Assembly: GCA_030704615.1 (NCBI GenBank)
Contig: CM060733.1
Location: 53,630,001-53,694,000 of the forward strand
Source of the DNA: Takakia lepidozioides
Lineage: Eukaryota; Plantae; Bryophyta
DNA: 64,000 bases
Direction: 5' to 3'
Shown here one piece after another: positions 12,853 to 25,949 of this stretch. Under the pieces are notes generated by a model. The model saw nothing but the letters and a program-made list of their open reading frames with translations, was not told the DNA's origin and searched no databases. How positions within the stretch are numbered: the first letter of the stretch is position 1; each line of letters opens with the position of its first letter. The translations under genes were made by a program, and so were the position numbers.

Positions 12853-13930
12853 GATGCAAAGGGAGTGTTCGACACTATGGCTGAACGAGATGTGGTGTCG
12901 TGGAGTGCGATGCTTGCAAGGTATGCACGGCAGGGACGTGGGATGGAGGCTTGGGAGACCTATGAGCAAAGGATGGGGGAAGCACATCATGTTTGTGTGC
13001 ATTTGCAATGCTTGTGCAAGCCTGGTAGCCGGCCTGGAGAAGGGCAAGAGGTGCATGGGGATATCATCAAAGCTGGAATTGTGCCAAATGTCAATCTGAA
13101 CACTGCCCTGGCAACTTTGGAAAAGGGGAAAGAGGTCCATGGCGACATCTTTAGGGTTGGAATTGTACCAGATGTCATTCTGAACAAAACCTTGGTGAAC
13201 ATGTTTGCAAAATGTGGGTGCATCAAATGCAAAGGGAGTGTTCGACACTATGGCTGAACGAGATGTGGTGTCGTGGAGTGCGATGCTTGCATGGTATGCA
13301 CGGCAGGGACGGAGCAGGGACGTGGGATGGAGGCTTTGGAGACCTATGAGCAATGCAAGCACATCATGTTTGTGTGCATTTGCAATGCTTGTGCAAGCCT
13401 AGCAGCCGGCCTGGAGAAGGGCAAGAGGTGCATGGGGATATCATCAAAGCTGGAATTGTGCCAAATGTCAATCTGAACACTGCCCTGGCAGCTTTGGAAC
13501 TGGGGAAAGATGTGCATGGCGACATCTTCAGAGCTGGAATTGTACCAGATGACATTCGGAACAATACCCTGGTGAACATGTTTGCATAATGTGGGTGCAT
13601 CTAGGATGCAAAGGGAGTGTTCGACACTATAGCTGAACGACATGTGGTGTCGTGGAGTGCGATATGATGTGCTTGCAGAGTATGCACATCAGGGATGTGG
13701 AATGGAGGCTTTGGAGATCTATGAGCAATGCAAGCACATCATGTTTGTGTGCATTTGCAATGGTTGTGCAAGCCTAGCAGCCGGCCTGGAGAAGGGCAAA
13801 GAGGTGCATGGAGATATCATCAAAGCTGGAATTGTGCCAAATGTCAATCTGAACACTGCCCTGGCAGCTTTGGAAAAGGGGAAAGAGGTCCACATGGCGA
13901 CATCTTCAGAGCTGGAATTGTACCAAGGTG
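12853..13930 (+). repeat. ~375-bp tandem repeat x~3 within PPR fragments
   Basis: ATGCAAAGGGAGTGTTCGACACTAT recurs near 12853, 13227, 13605. Confidence 0.85.
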
Positions 13931-16900
13931 AATGCCTGTCAAATTACCAGATGCAAAGAGGTGCATGGTTGCATCGCCAAAGGCAGCAACTGCAGCGGCA
14001 CAGTTGATAAAGTCAGGCACCTCAACCATGACCACAACTTTTGGAAGAGGATCAAGAGAGGGAGTCCACAATGCCTCTTCTGGCACTTATGGGCATGTGA
14101 AGATGCTTTGTGAGGCAGGTAGACTGAAAGAGGCTCTACTGACTTTAAACCAAGGAGGCATTTCAACAGATTCAGATACGTATGTCTGTCTCTTGCATAA
14201 GTGCATCAAGATGAAAGGCCAAGTGAAGCTAGAAAGCAGGTGCACACTCACATTATCCAAAGTGCACGCCAAATATTTTTCTACTCATCACCCTTGTCAA
14301 CATGTATGTTATGTGCGGGAGCACATGGATGCTCACCAAGTGTTCAACAGAATGCCTCAACGATCTTTCATCACGTGGAACACGATGCTTGTAGGGTGTG
14401 CACAGCAGGGGCGTGGTATGGAGGCCTTGGAGAATGTGCTGAGGGCACCTTCTTCTTGACCTATTTCAGCCTGTTTTTCCCTCTCATCAGACTCGGCCTT
14501 GAATTTACATATTGAATTGTCAAGGACAATGTGGTGAGGGCACCTTCTTCTTCGACCTATTTCAGCCTGTTTTGCCCTCTCATCAGACTCGGCCCTGAGA
14601 TGCATATTGAATTCTATAAGTTAGCTCGTTGGGTGGATCTGTGGTGGTTTGGAATGACTATGACAAGTAACTGCCGATGTGGCAGTAGGAAAGTATCCAA
14701 AACAGATAACAGAGATGAGGAGAAGGTGTGGAATGAATACTTTGTTGACCCCAGTGAATGGTGGAACAACCGAGGCAAAAAGTTGAATGCCTATTAGATG
14801 ACAGAGAGTAGCAGACGCAATTCAGCATAGGAACTAGTGTGATTGGGTGTTTCCTAGGTTGTCATTGTCAGCTGCTAGCAGTAAGGGCAAAGATGAATGC
14901 ATGATTTGTGCAGAGGCATGGATAGTTGAAGGAGAAGGGATAGAGTGTGAGTCCAGATTCATCCAAGAGGGCCGGACTTCAAGCTCCAGATTACCTGTGA
15001 TTCCATGTGGATCAATAGCTACAAGAAACCTAAATCGATTGATCTCATATTACTCTGGGGCGTCTTACATGGCACATTGAACATAGTGGCCAAGTCTCAA
15101 AGCCATGGTCAACTAAAGGCAATAGCTGCAGCGGCACAGTTGATAAAATTAGGCACGTCCTCAACCATGACCGCAGCTTCTGAAAGAGGATCAAGAGAGG
15201 GGAGTCCACAATGCCTTTTCTGCGGGGCATGTGAAGATGCTTTGTGAGGCAGGCAGACTGACAAAGGCTCTAGGTCTGGAAGCTGGAATCAGGTGCACAC
15301 TCATATTATCCAAAGTGGATTCATGCCAAATGTTTTGTCTACTCAATACCCTTGTCAACATGTATATTAAGTGCAGGAGCATCATGGATGCTCGCCAAGA
15401 TTTCTACAGAATGCCTCAGCGATCTTTGATCATGTGGAATATAATGTTGGCAGGATTTACCAAACATGGGTGTGGTAGGAATGCTTTTGGCGACCTATGA
15501 GCAAATGTTGCGTAAAGGGGTGAAGCCCAACCACATCACGCTTCCGCATGTTTGCAATGCGTGTGCAAGCCTGGGACCTCTGGAAAAGGGGAAAGAGGTC
15601 CATGATGACATCGTCAAAGCTGGAATTGTACCAGATGTCATCCTGAACACTCCCCTGGTGGATGTGTATGCCAAATGTGGGTGCATTAAGGATGCAAAGG
15701 GAGTTTTCAACATTATGGCTGAACCAAATGTGGTGTCATGGAACGCGATGCTTGTAGGGTATGCACAGCAGGGACATGGTATGGAGGCTTTGGAGACCTA
15801 TGATCAAATGATGGGGGAAGGGGGGGGGGACCTTCTTCAATAGCACAACGGCTACAACTAGGTAGATGGTCAACTGGAAACAGCAATGAAAGCAACACAA
15901 TTGATAGAACAAGGCCCACTGCTAATGAAGGTATCTTCTTCAACATATTTCACCCTGTTTTCCCCTGCTATCAGAGTCGTCCCTAAATTTTCATGTTGAA
16001 TTCTACAAGTTAGCTCGTTGGTGGATCTATGGTGGTGTTGGAGTGATATTGACACGTTACTGCCAATGTGGTCGACAGGAAAGTATCGAAAAATAAATAA
16101 TAGAGATGTGGAGAAGCTCTGGAATGAATACGGTTCCGACCCCAGTCAATGGTGGAACAATCCAGGCAAAAAGGTGAATGCCTGTTGGAAGCAGATGCAA
16201 AGCATAGAACTAGTGTGATAAGTAGGGTTGGGGTGTTTGCTGGAACAACTCTAGAGTGTTATTGTCAGCTGCTAGCATCAAGGCAAGGATGTATGCATGA
16301 TTTGTGTAGAGGCATGGATAGCTGAAGGAGCAGGGAGTAGTGTGGGTCCAGATTCATCCAAGAGGGCCGGATTTCAAGCTCCAGATCGCCTACAATTCCT
16401 TGTGGAAGCAGCACACACCTCGCACACACAAGAGGTCCTCTTGGGTGCATGGTCAGTCAAATCCTCCATGGGTCATGACACAAGGTCGAGGACAATGTGG
16501 TGAGGGCACCTTCTTCTTCGACCTATTTCAGCCTATTTTTCCCTCTCATCAGACCCAGCCTTGAATTTACATATTGAATGCTGTAAGTTAGCTCGTTGGG
16601 TGGATGTGGGGTGGTTTGGAGTGACTTTGACAAGTTACTGCTGATGTGGCAGCAGGAAAGTACCCAAAAACAGATAACAAGATGAAGAGAAGCTTTGGGA
16701 TGAACACTTTCCGACCCCAGTCAATGGGGGGACAATGGAGACAAAAAGGTGAGTGCTTGTTCGACTACAGAGAGAAGCAATCACTACAACAGATTGCGGC
16801 TTTTATGACTCCCATGGGTGCGTAGTCATGGCAGATTTGTGGCAGAAATGCCATTTGCAGTCGTAAAATGCTTTTGAAGTCATAATGCAAGTCTGGGGAA

Positions 16901-17867
16901 GGCGTATATGCGACTGCATGGCTCCGGACTCTGCGCAACACAGGTCAAACATGTTTGACCACGAATATTGGCATGGCAGATATGACTACTAGTCACGGTC
17001 ATGGCTACACTGGAATGACGTGTACATATTGCTAGACAGACATATGACTTCATGACTCTCATTCTAATGCATTCTGCCAGATCATCACATAGATGAATCA
17101 CTACATGACTGCACGTGTCAACACATGCTTTTCTGGTTATATATATAATATATGAGTATTTATATTTTGAAAAAACGGAGACTCTGACCACTAGAATGAA
17201 TTAAAAAAAAACAAAAACAAAAAGTGCAAAAAGATTTAAAGAAAAACACATGATAGAGTAAGTGGCACAGTGTGTCGCCCTGGTGGTTTGGGATTCAAAC
17301 CCGCTGCCCTTATCCTATATGTGGGATTGTTCGTGACGGTATGTCTGGGCGTTGATCATCCTGTAGGTCTTATGGCCCATAAATGAAGGCGGGTGAAATT
17401 TTCCCCCTCCTCAAGGGCCCGTGGTTTCCTTTAAGAAAAAAAAAAAAAAAATCAAAAATCAAAAAGGGGCTTTTAGGGTTTATAAAAAGGTTTAAAATCT
17501 TAAAAAGTTGCCCATCACGGTAGGGTGAACAGACTTAGAGCAAGTGGGAGGGAGAGAGAGAGATGGCTGGGATTAGAGTGAGCGAGCGGGAGTGAGGGCA
17601 AACATGCATGGGAGTCAGCTTCGTCTTAGCAGGCCGTGTTTCAATCTCTACCCGCTCAGCCCTGATTTTACAACACGGAGGAGAGCTGGCATTAGTTTCT
17701 TAAAGATCCTTCACGATGGTTGGACAACCGCAATCGCAAGGTGTGGCTTTTACTTGGTTGAACGCCGTCATGTCTGTCTTCGTAGCCTACTTTCTTTGCT
17801 GCACGACATCTTGTAGATGCCCCTTAGATTTCCTTTCTAAGCTTCTCCTAGACGACAAACAATTCAC

Positions 17868-20786
17868 ATGCAAAGGGCTGGCTTGCGGCTGGCCACTTTC
17901 AACTTCTCAGGGCTTACTAACCAAAGGAAACAACTCGAAGTTGGACAAGTCCTTCGGACTAATGATATTCATATCTGTGCTGGGCAAGAAACATGGGAAA
18001 CTTCGGATAAACTGGTTGGAGATGTCAATGGTTATAAATGGGCAGGTAGGATGTGTACTCTCAAGGCAGCCTCTGCCAAACGCGGTCATAAAGGGGTTGG
18101 ATTCTTTGTTCGTGTTCTCTTGTTTGATAATTGTGAAATTATCAACAAGGGTTTGAGGTACGAACATAGTATCTGGCTAAAACTGAATCTGAAGGGCGGC
18201 ATGAGTACGAAGGACCTCTTTGTGGGTTGTGTTTACATGCCCACAGAGGGGACCCTTAGTGCTGACACAGACAAAGCCTTCGAAGATGTAAAGTTGGACT
18301 GTGCTTCGTTCCTTGCCAAAGGTCAGGTAGTGCTATTGGGTGACTTCAATGCCCGGGTGGGCAAAGGGCTCCATCAGGACGATATCATAAGCCTTTTGGT
18401 GAGGACGAGCTGAATTCTAATGGCAGACGGTTAATTAACTGTCTGGAAGAGCTTCAGCTTTTGACCTTGAATAACAGGACAAGAGGTGACCAAGTGCAGT
18501 GGACTCGTGAGAAATCCCAAAATGGGGAACGTTCCATTGTGGACTATATCATAATGGACAAAAATTTGTTTCCCCAGTGTGCCAATGTGTTGATCGATAG
18601 AACTGATATTGGTACCTCTGACCACTTCCTGGTTTGGACTGAGATCAAAAGGTGTTTTCCCAACACCAACAGATCTGTGAAACGTTCGATTCGGAAGTGG
18701 CGCATAGAAAAATTCCATAATGAGGAGGTCAAGGCTGAGTACGTCCAGGCCTTGCAAGAGGCTCTCCCTCATTTTGTCCAATCGCTCCAAGAACTTCAGT
18801 CTCGCTCTGACAACGCAAGAAATGAAGTCGAAAGAGCAGTGGACTCTTGGGAGAGTTTCGTCTCCTCCGTGGCTGACAAGATCATTGGGAGGAAACTAAT
18901 TGTCTGTGGTAGAGCTGTTAATTGGTGGACCAATGAGATCAAACTCAAGATAGCTGAGAGACGAGCCCTCTATAAAGAGTGCTGCAATTTGAAAACCAAC
19001 AGAGAATTGTGGGCGAGGTACTATCAGCTCCGGAAAGATATCAATCAGCTTGTTAGGTCTCAGAAGAAATTATACTGGGATAAGTTATACAGTGAAATAA
19101 ACTCAAACCACCATGGTGGTAATGACAAGAAATTCTGGTTGGCCCTTCAACGTTTGTACAAGCCTAAAAACGGTCAGCAAGTACAAGCGCTGAAGACTAC
19201 TAAAGGTGCAGTGGTGACTTCATCGGTTGACATTGTCAAAACCTTTGAAAATCACTACAGTATCCTTGGCAGAACTTCTAGGTCTAACAGTGAGGGGTCT
19301 TCTGCTGAATGGAGGGACACAGTTGGAAAAATTGTTCCTATGATTCAAAACAGCCCTGATGAACTGGAGTATATTTCAATGGCTTATAACGCTCCCATTA
19401 GTTCTTCTGAGATTGTGGAAGCAATTGAACATTTAAATGGATATAAAGCTGGTGGACCTGATGGTATTGTCAACGAGCTTATCAAGCACGGTGGCGATCC
19501 TATGATAGAGGCCCTAGTTCTCCTCTTTAACCTTATCTGGAAGACTGAAATGATCCCCTTTCGCTGGCGACAGGGGGTCATTGTCAGTCTATACAAGAAG
19601 GGTGACAGAGAAGAACCGGGGAACTACCGTGGCATCACGCTCCTCAATGCTGTTGGCAAGACATTCTGCAGAGTTATAAGTACTCGTCTCGAGGTTGATC
19701 TGGAGTCTAGAGGTTGTTTCCACGAAGGCCAAGCTGGCTTTCGGCGAAACAAGGGCTGTGTGGATCATATCTTCACTCTAAGCCAGATTATTCAGGGAAG
19801 GAAAAAAGAAGGGAAACCCACTTATGTTTTTTTCCTGGATGTCAAAAAGGCTTATGACATAGTGTGGAGAGATGGCCTATGGTTCCGCCTCTGGTCTTGT
19901 GGGATCAAGGGAAAGATGTGGAGAGTTGTCCACAACTTGAATGCTCACACCAAAAGCTGTGTCACTGTTAACGGACAGAAGTCCAACTTCTTTGACATAG
20001 ACCAAGGTGTAGCTCAAGGATGTACTCTCTCCCCTCTGCTCTTCAATGTTTTCATCAATCAACTCCTCGAGGATGTGGAAAGTGAAGGATTTGGGTTAAG
20101 GGTGGGTAATACCACCATACCAGCCCTTATGTTTGCAGATGACTTTGCAGGCATAGGGGAGACTCCAACCAATCTCCTTAGAGGCTGTAGTGTCTGAAGC
20201 CATGTCTGTTGCCATGAGATTGTCTGATGAAAATGAAGTTAGGCAGAGAACTTCCCTAAACTTGTTTCCAGTCAGTGACATGGGGGTGGACATCTTGGAT
20301 GACCTCAAGGGTCTACCCACTCTCGGCACTAGACTGAAATTTAAACTCAGGGCAGGAAGCCTACCTTTGAACAACAAACAGAAGCAGAGAGGAAAGGGAG
20401 AGTGCAATTGTCCGTTGTGTGGGCAATCTGAAGACAATATTCATTTTCTGATACGCTGTCCGGGGTTCTCTCACCAAAGAGACGCTCTCTTCAATTCTAT
20501 CAAGGGAATTGTGCCTGTACCCCTGTTTACCAACTTTGAAAGTCTCGAGGCTGAGCCAAAAGCCCAGGCCCTCCCTAGTTTTTGGGCAAATCACACACAG
20601 CAGATTGATGCTTGTGTGAAGGGTTTTCTAGAGGATATATGGAAAACCCGGATTAATTCCTTATATGATGGTAAGTCTTACTACCAACGTCAGCCCCTGA
20701 CGGAGGTAGGTTCTGTTCCTTTTGTTCCTGCTCAAACTGGGCGCGGGGTCAATGGCCACAAGGCTACGGCAAACAACGTCTTATGA
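17868..20786 (+). mobile_element. APE-RT-CCHC LINE ORF2 (RTEX/RTE/L2-like, clade unresolved), disrupted
   Basis: APE: ATFNFSGL..QETW..VYMP..LGDFNARVG..SDHFLV. RT: GPDGI..NYRGITLL..QAGFR..FLDVKKAYD..QGCTLSP..FADD. C-terminal CPLC..EDNIHFLIRC. Frameshift ~18395; deletion after FADD ~20180. Confidence 0.9.
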
Positions 20787-20964
20787 GTACAATCTAAGCT
20801 TCTCCGTCAGCTCCGTAGGGTTTGTGTTATTGTATGGCAGCGTCCAATTTATATTCCTAGTCATTTTGTTGGTTGATAGATTGCTGTCACAGTACGCGTG
20901 TCACAGTACAAGCTGTAAGAAAGCAAGAGATACATAGTTATACAGTCAAATAGACAACTATCAG

Positions 20965-22250
20965 TTTATGTGGAATCTCTTCCCAATGGCAGGATGGGTT
21001 GGGAACAGCCAAGTCAGGAGGCGAATGCCTGTCAAATTACCACATGTCCTTCTAAACACTGCCCCTGCCCTGGTGGACATGTATGCCAAATGTGGGTGCA
21101 TCGAGGATGCCAAGGGAGTGTTCAACACTGTGGCTGAACGAGATGTGGTGTTGTGCGATGCTTGCAGGGTATGCACAGCTGGGGTGCGGGATGGAGGCTC
21201 CAACCTTTGAGCAAATGATGGGGGAAGGGGTGAAGGCCGTTGACATAACGTTTGTGTGCGTTTACAATGCGTCTGGCAGCCCTAGAAAAGGGCAAAGAGA
21301 TCCCTGGTAACATCATCAAATCTGCAATTGTACCAGATGTCATCCTGAACATTGCTCTGGTGGCCATGTATGCTAAATGTGGGAGCGTTGAGGATGCTAA
21401 GGGAGTGTTCAACACTATGGCTGAACCAGATGTGGTGTCGTGGAATGCGATGCTTGCAGGGTGTACAGAGCAGGAGCGCGAGATGGGGCTTTGGACACCT
21501 GAAAGCAAATGATGGGGAAAGGGGTGAAGGTACATTCTTCAACATATTTCACCCTGTTTTCCCTGCTAGTGTTTGCTTTGACAATTTTAGGCTGTCATTG
21601 TCAGCTGCTAGCAGCAAGGTGAGGATATATGCATGATTTGTGCAGAGGCATGGATAGCTGAAGGAGTAGGGATTTTGTGTGGGTCCAAGAGGGTCAGATT
21701 TCAAGCACAAGATTACCTGTGATTCCCTGTGGATCAATAGCTACAAGAAACCTGCATGGGTAGATGGTCAACTGGCAGCAACGGCACAAGTCCGGACCAA
21801 TCAGGCACTGCTAATGAAGGCATCTTCTTCAACACATTTCACCCTGTTTTTCCCTCTTTATCAGAATCGGCCCTAAATTTACATGTTCAATTCTACAAGT
21901 TAGCTGGTTGAGTGAATCTAGTTTGGAGTGACTTTGACATGATACTGCCAATGTGACAACAGGAAAGTGTCAAAAAACAGGTAACAGAGATGAGGAGAAG
22001 TTGTGGAATGAATACTTATCTGAGCCTTGTCACTGATGGGTCAACCGGGGCAGAAAGGTGAATGCCTGCTACATTTCAAAGAGTAGCAGACGCAATTCAA
22101 CATAGGAACTAGTGTGCTACGCTGAGTTGGGTGTTTCCTAGAACAAATGTAGGCTGTCATTGTCAGTTGCTAGTAGCAAGACAAGGTTGAATGCTTGATT
22201 TTGTGCAGAGGCATGGATAGCTGAAGGAGTAGAGATAGAGTGTGGGTGAC
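20965..22250 (+). pseudogene. PPR and PDF-motif fragments inside the innermost CACTA
   Basis: ALVDMYAKCGCIEDAKGVFNT..; PRGSDFKHKITCDSLWINSYKKPAWVDGQLAA. Confidence 0.85.
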
Positions 22251-23429
22251 GCAGGGTGTTGGGCAATGGGCAAGACGTCTTTGTATAAACGTGAGTGACC
22301 TTCCTATCCTCCTGGCTCTCATTTTTAGTGCATGTTTCTTTGTGAAGTATCTGACGACTTTGCCAACACACACCAACCTTTTTGCTTTGGTTTGTTTACG
22401 AGTCCATGGGATAGAAGTTACCATAAATAACACTGGCATTGGTTTTTCATATATGGTATTAGACAATTCTCTTAATTATTTCCGCCTTGGCAGGTTGCTC
22501 AGTGACCTTCCCTGGACGCTTTGGAGTATAACGAGTGAGTGTCTCACAATGCAATGTTGGTTGGTGCATCTTATGCAAGAACTTGGAAAACAAATAGATG
22601 TCATTGCTGTAGTAATTCTTAAAGCCATGCAAGCTTTAGTTTTTGATAGGTTGCAGATTGATGGAATAGCATGAGTAGTTAGAAGATTATGGGTGAACAC
22701 TTTTCAAAGTGTTATAGTTAGACAATATAATTCACATGAGAACATGTGACTATTTTATGTATTTTTAGATCGCGACCAAAATGATAATGATAAATAGATT
22801 GGTAAATAGAGAATGTATACAATCTCTTGGTTTTGCTCAGCTTGTTGCAGTTATGTCTTGCTGCCTTGTTCTCTTTGTATTATATATTATATTTCATTGT
22901 TGTAATAGACATGTACATGATTACTATCATAGTCATAATAATGACTACATATATTTTCACTCTCCAATAGTACTACACCATGTGGCAGAAATACAAATAT
23001 GTAAAAAAAAATAGCAATACACCCAAAAAACACCAATCATGACACATGTCAATCTGCTAAGGGACCATGTGTGAAAATTACAATGCGCCACGTGTTGCAA
23101 TCGGATTAGCACTCCCGTAGTCATAGTTGGCAGTCATGGAGAGCGAACACTCTGCCACGTGTCATTTCATGTATCGAGCACGTGCCACTCTTGCACAGCC
23201 GCTGACATGGATTACATTGTCCGTTCAGTCATTCAGTAAAGCCAGCGTGTATGACTACCCCCACAGCTGCTCAGGCGCCACGTCACAGCCAGCCTGGAGA
23301 GTCATATCTGCCATGTCACAACTGACTAGGTCTTTACGTCTTCAGAGTCAGGAAGTCATAAATGGCTTCCATGACTGCATTTGCAGTCATAACACAGAGA
23401 CGTAAAAGCCGCTTTTTGTTGTAATGAAT

Positions 23430-24515
23430 TGCAATTCAGAATTGGAACTACTGTTAAGTCCTAGGTTGGGGTGTTTTTTGGAAGAACTTCACACCATCAC
23501 TGTCAGCTGCTAGCAGCAAGGCTTAGGGATGTATTCATGATCTATACACGGGCAAGGATAGCTAAGGGACCAGGGATAGAGGTCCAGATTCATGTTCAGG
23601 TTCAGGCTGAGGGATCAATAGCTAAAAGAAATCAGCTGGAGTAGATGGTCAATTGTTGCAAGTGGAAACAGTAGCGGCAACACAATTGATAGAATGAGGT
23701 GCTGCTAATGAAGGCACCTTCCTCAACACATTTCAGCCTGCTTTTCCAAATAGGGTTGGGGTGTAAGAACAAATCTAGGCTATCATCATCAGCTGCTAGC
23801 AGCAAGACAATGACATATGCATGATTTGTGCAGAGGCATAGATAGTTGAAGGAGCAGGGATAGAGTGTGGGTGCAGATTCACCCAAGAGGGCCAGGCTTC
23901 AAGCTCTGGATTGACTCTATAGCTAAAACAAACCTGCATGGGTGGATATATGGTCAACTGGCAGCAGCGGCACAATTTATAAAATCAGACACTAGTAATG
24001 AAGGCATCTTATTCAACATATTTCAACTTGTTTTTCCCTCTAATCAGAATCGACCCTAAATTTCCATGTTGAATTCTGCAAGTTAGCTGGTTGAATCTAG
24101 TTTGGAGTGACTTTGACATGATACTGCCAATGTGACAACAGGAAAGTATCAAAAAACAAGTAACAGAGATGAGGAGAAGTTGTGGAATGAATACTATTCT
24201 GCCCTTTCAATGATGGGACAACCAAGGCAAAAAGGTGAATGCCTAGTTACATTTCATAGACTAGCAGACGCATTCAGCATAGGAACTAGTGTGAGAAGCT
24301 GAGTTGGATGTTTCCTAGAATAAATCTAGGCTGTCATTATCAGATACTAGCAGCGAGGCAAGGATGAATGCATGATTTGTGCAGAGGCATGTGTAGCTGA
24401 AGGAGAAAAGAGAGTGTGGGTCCAGATTCATCCAAGAGGGCCAGATTTCAAGCACAAGATTACCTATGACTCCCTGTGGATCAATAGCTACAAGAAACCT
24501 GCATGGGTAGATGAT
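23430..24515 (+). pseudogene. Further PDF-motif exon/intron repeats
   Basis: IHPRGPDFKHKITYDSLWINSYKKPAWVD at ~24426-24512; degenerate copies at ~23580, 23878, 24165. Confidence 0.85.
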
Positions 24516-25949
24516 CTATTCCGTGGGACTCAATCTGTCACTGAGCCTTGCATTATGAGGATCACAATTGTTTGGCAGCTTACCTGCATGAGGCCTTGAC
24601 CCTTAGGCAATCCCCAGAGCAGTAGTAGCTTTGGGCTGCTTTTTTACTTTGGTTTTTTCATTTTGTATCATAACCTCTTTGAGCTTTCCGCAGCTGTAAT
24701 GAAGTACCATTTGTTTTGTTTCATTTCATTTTCATTTTGTTTTGTTTCATGGCATGTCTTTCATTGTTTTCGCATTTCTAATGACATGATTAGTTCTCTT
24801 GTATGGCATTACATGCGTATGTACTAGTCGGCTCATTACAAACACCAAAACTTCAAAGCATGAACCACTATGAGTTATTGTTCAAGTAATTTCGAGCACT
24901 TCATTTAAAGTAGTAAAGCAGTGGTTGCGCTGACTTCTGCAGTCGCAATTGCCACTGGGCATGTAGCACTGCAAGTTATGTGGTCAACTACCACGTGGTG
25001 CCTCGGGCCCGTGGCCACGTGGCAGCAATGCTGCTCGCCGTGGCGCCGCCACGTCGGCGTCCACATCGTCGTCCACGTCCGCGTCCATGTGTCACCACGC
25101 TCCGGTGAGTCAGTCCACTCATCCGGAGGGAAAAGTCAAAATCAGCCCAAAAGGTCAGGGCGGCCCGCTTGGTTACGCCACGTGGTCTTCAGCATTAATC
25201 GCAATAATCGCTGAGCAGTTGTTCGCGCGTCTGCGTCCTTTACCACTCCAATCATTGGATGTCCGACCCAACTTCCACGTCTGTTGTAACTAGTCATTTG
25301 TAACTTCCAGTCGATCCCGGTTTTTTTTTTACTTTTACGACTCAAAATGAGTCGTTACCCCAGTGGTATATGACACGAATGCTTCTAGTGGATACATCTA
25401 TAAATCACAAAAGCAATCTAAATATATATATGCATATCAAGATTTCTTTCAAGTTCCTTCTAAGGGGTCCCTCTTGTGACGTCGGGGAGTTGCAACCTCC
25501 ACAGCCTTAGTGCCCAGCCCCAGCCCCAGCCCCAGCGTCGTCGCCGTTGTTGCAGCCCCACTGCCAAGTGCCCCAAGCAACGTCCTTGTGATGACCTAAG
25601 CTAACTACAACACTATTGCGACCCCCTGACGTCGCAGCGCGGGGCGTCCCCAACGACGCTTTTGTGACGATGAGGGCCGCAAAGCCTAAAAAAAAAAAAA
25701 AAAAAAAAAACATTGTGGCGATGTCGTTGCAACGCCCTGGCGTCGCAGATGCACTGGGGCACCCTCAGTGACGCTTTTGCAACGCAGAGGCGTCTCAAAA
25801 AATAAAATAAAAAATGTCGCAGCGGGGCCCCTTTCCCCTTCATGCCACATTGCGACGGCTGGGCGTCGCAACGGGGGATTGCGTTGTCAGCGCCGTGCGG
25901 GGCGTGGGGGCGCGGCTGGCGTCGCACCCCCCCCCCATTTGCTGTAGTG

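Larger units (their letters stand above)
10935..16780 (+). pseudogene. Scrambled, amplified PLS-class PPR gene fragments joined to OSB-type PDF motifs
   Basis: Repeated GKEVHGDIIKAGIVPNVILNTALVDMYAKCGCIEDAKGVFDTMAERDVVSWSAML motifs, plus EEKVWNEYFVDPSEWWNNRGKK / IHPRGPDFK...LWINSYKKP pieces; many frameshifts and deletions. Confidence 0.88.
16782..23426. mobile_element. Innermost non-autonomous CACTA element, 6.6 kb
   Basis: Left CACTACAACAGATTGCGGCTTTT; right end reverse complement CATTACAACAAAAAGCGGCTTTT. TSD AAT (16779-16781, 23427-23429). ATGAC/GTCAT subterminal repeats. The interrupted PDF-intron repeat resumes after 23429. Confidence 0.88.
10500..25390. mobile_element. Non-autonomous (Pack-type) CACTA element, 14.9 kb, carrying PDF/PPR fragments
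   Basis: Perfect 19-bp TIR CACTAGAAGCATTCGTGTC (10500-10518 / 25372-25390); 3-bp TSD GAT (10497-10499, 25391-25393); no transposase recognised inside. Confidence 0.92.
7721..25949. mobile_element. Outer CACTA (EnSpm-type) element, left end lost; carries the ParB gene and hosts two nested CACTAs
   Basis: Terminus reads CACTACAGCAAATGGG on the minus strand from 25949, exactly where the LINE ORF is cut (25950). GTCGC/GCGAC repeats at 25470-25930 and 10035-10280 become adjacent once 10500-25393 is removed. Second TIR and TSD not seen. Confidence 0.65.

Noticed and set aside
11606-13643. Long minus-strand ORFs over the PPR region
   Set aside because: Antisense shadows of the PPR repeats.
17270-17450. 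tRNA-derived SINE or tRNA (GGATTCAAACCC then poly-A)
   Set aside because: Only a loose B-box; no cloverleaf, clear A-box or TSD; may be a retroposon tail but unsupported.
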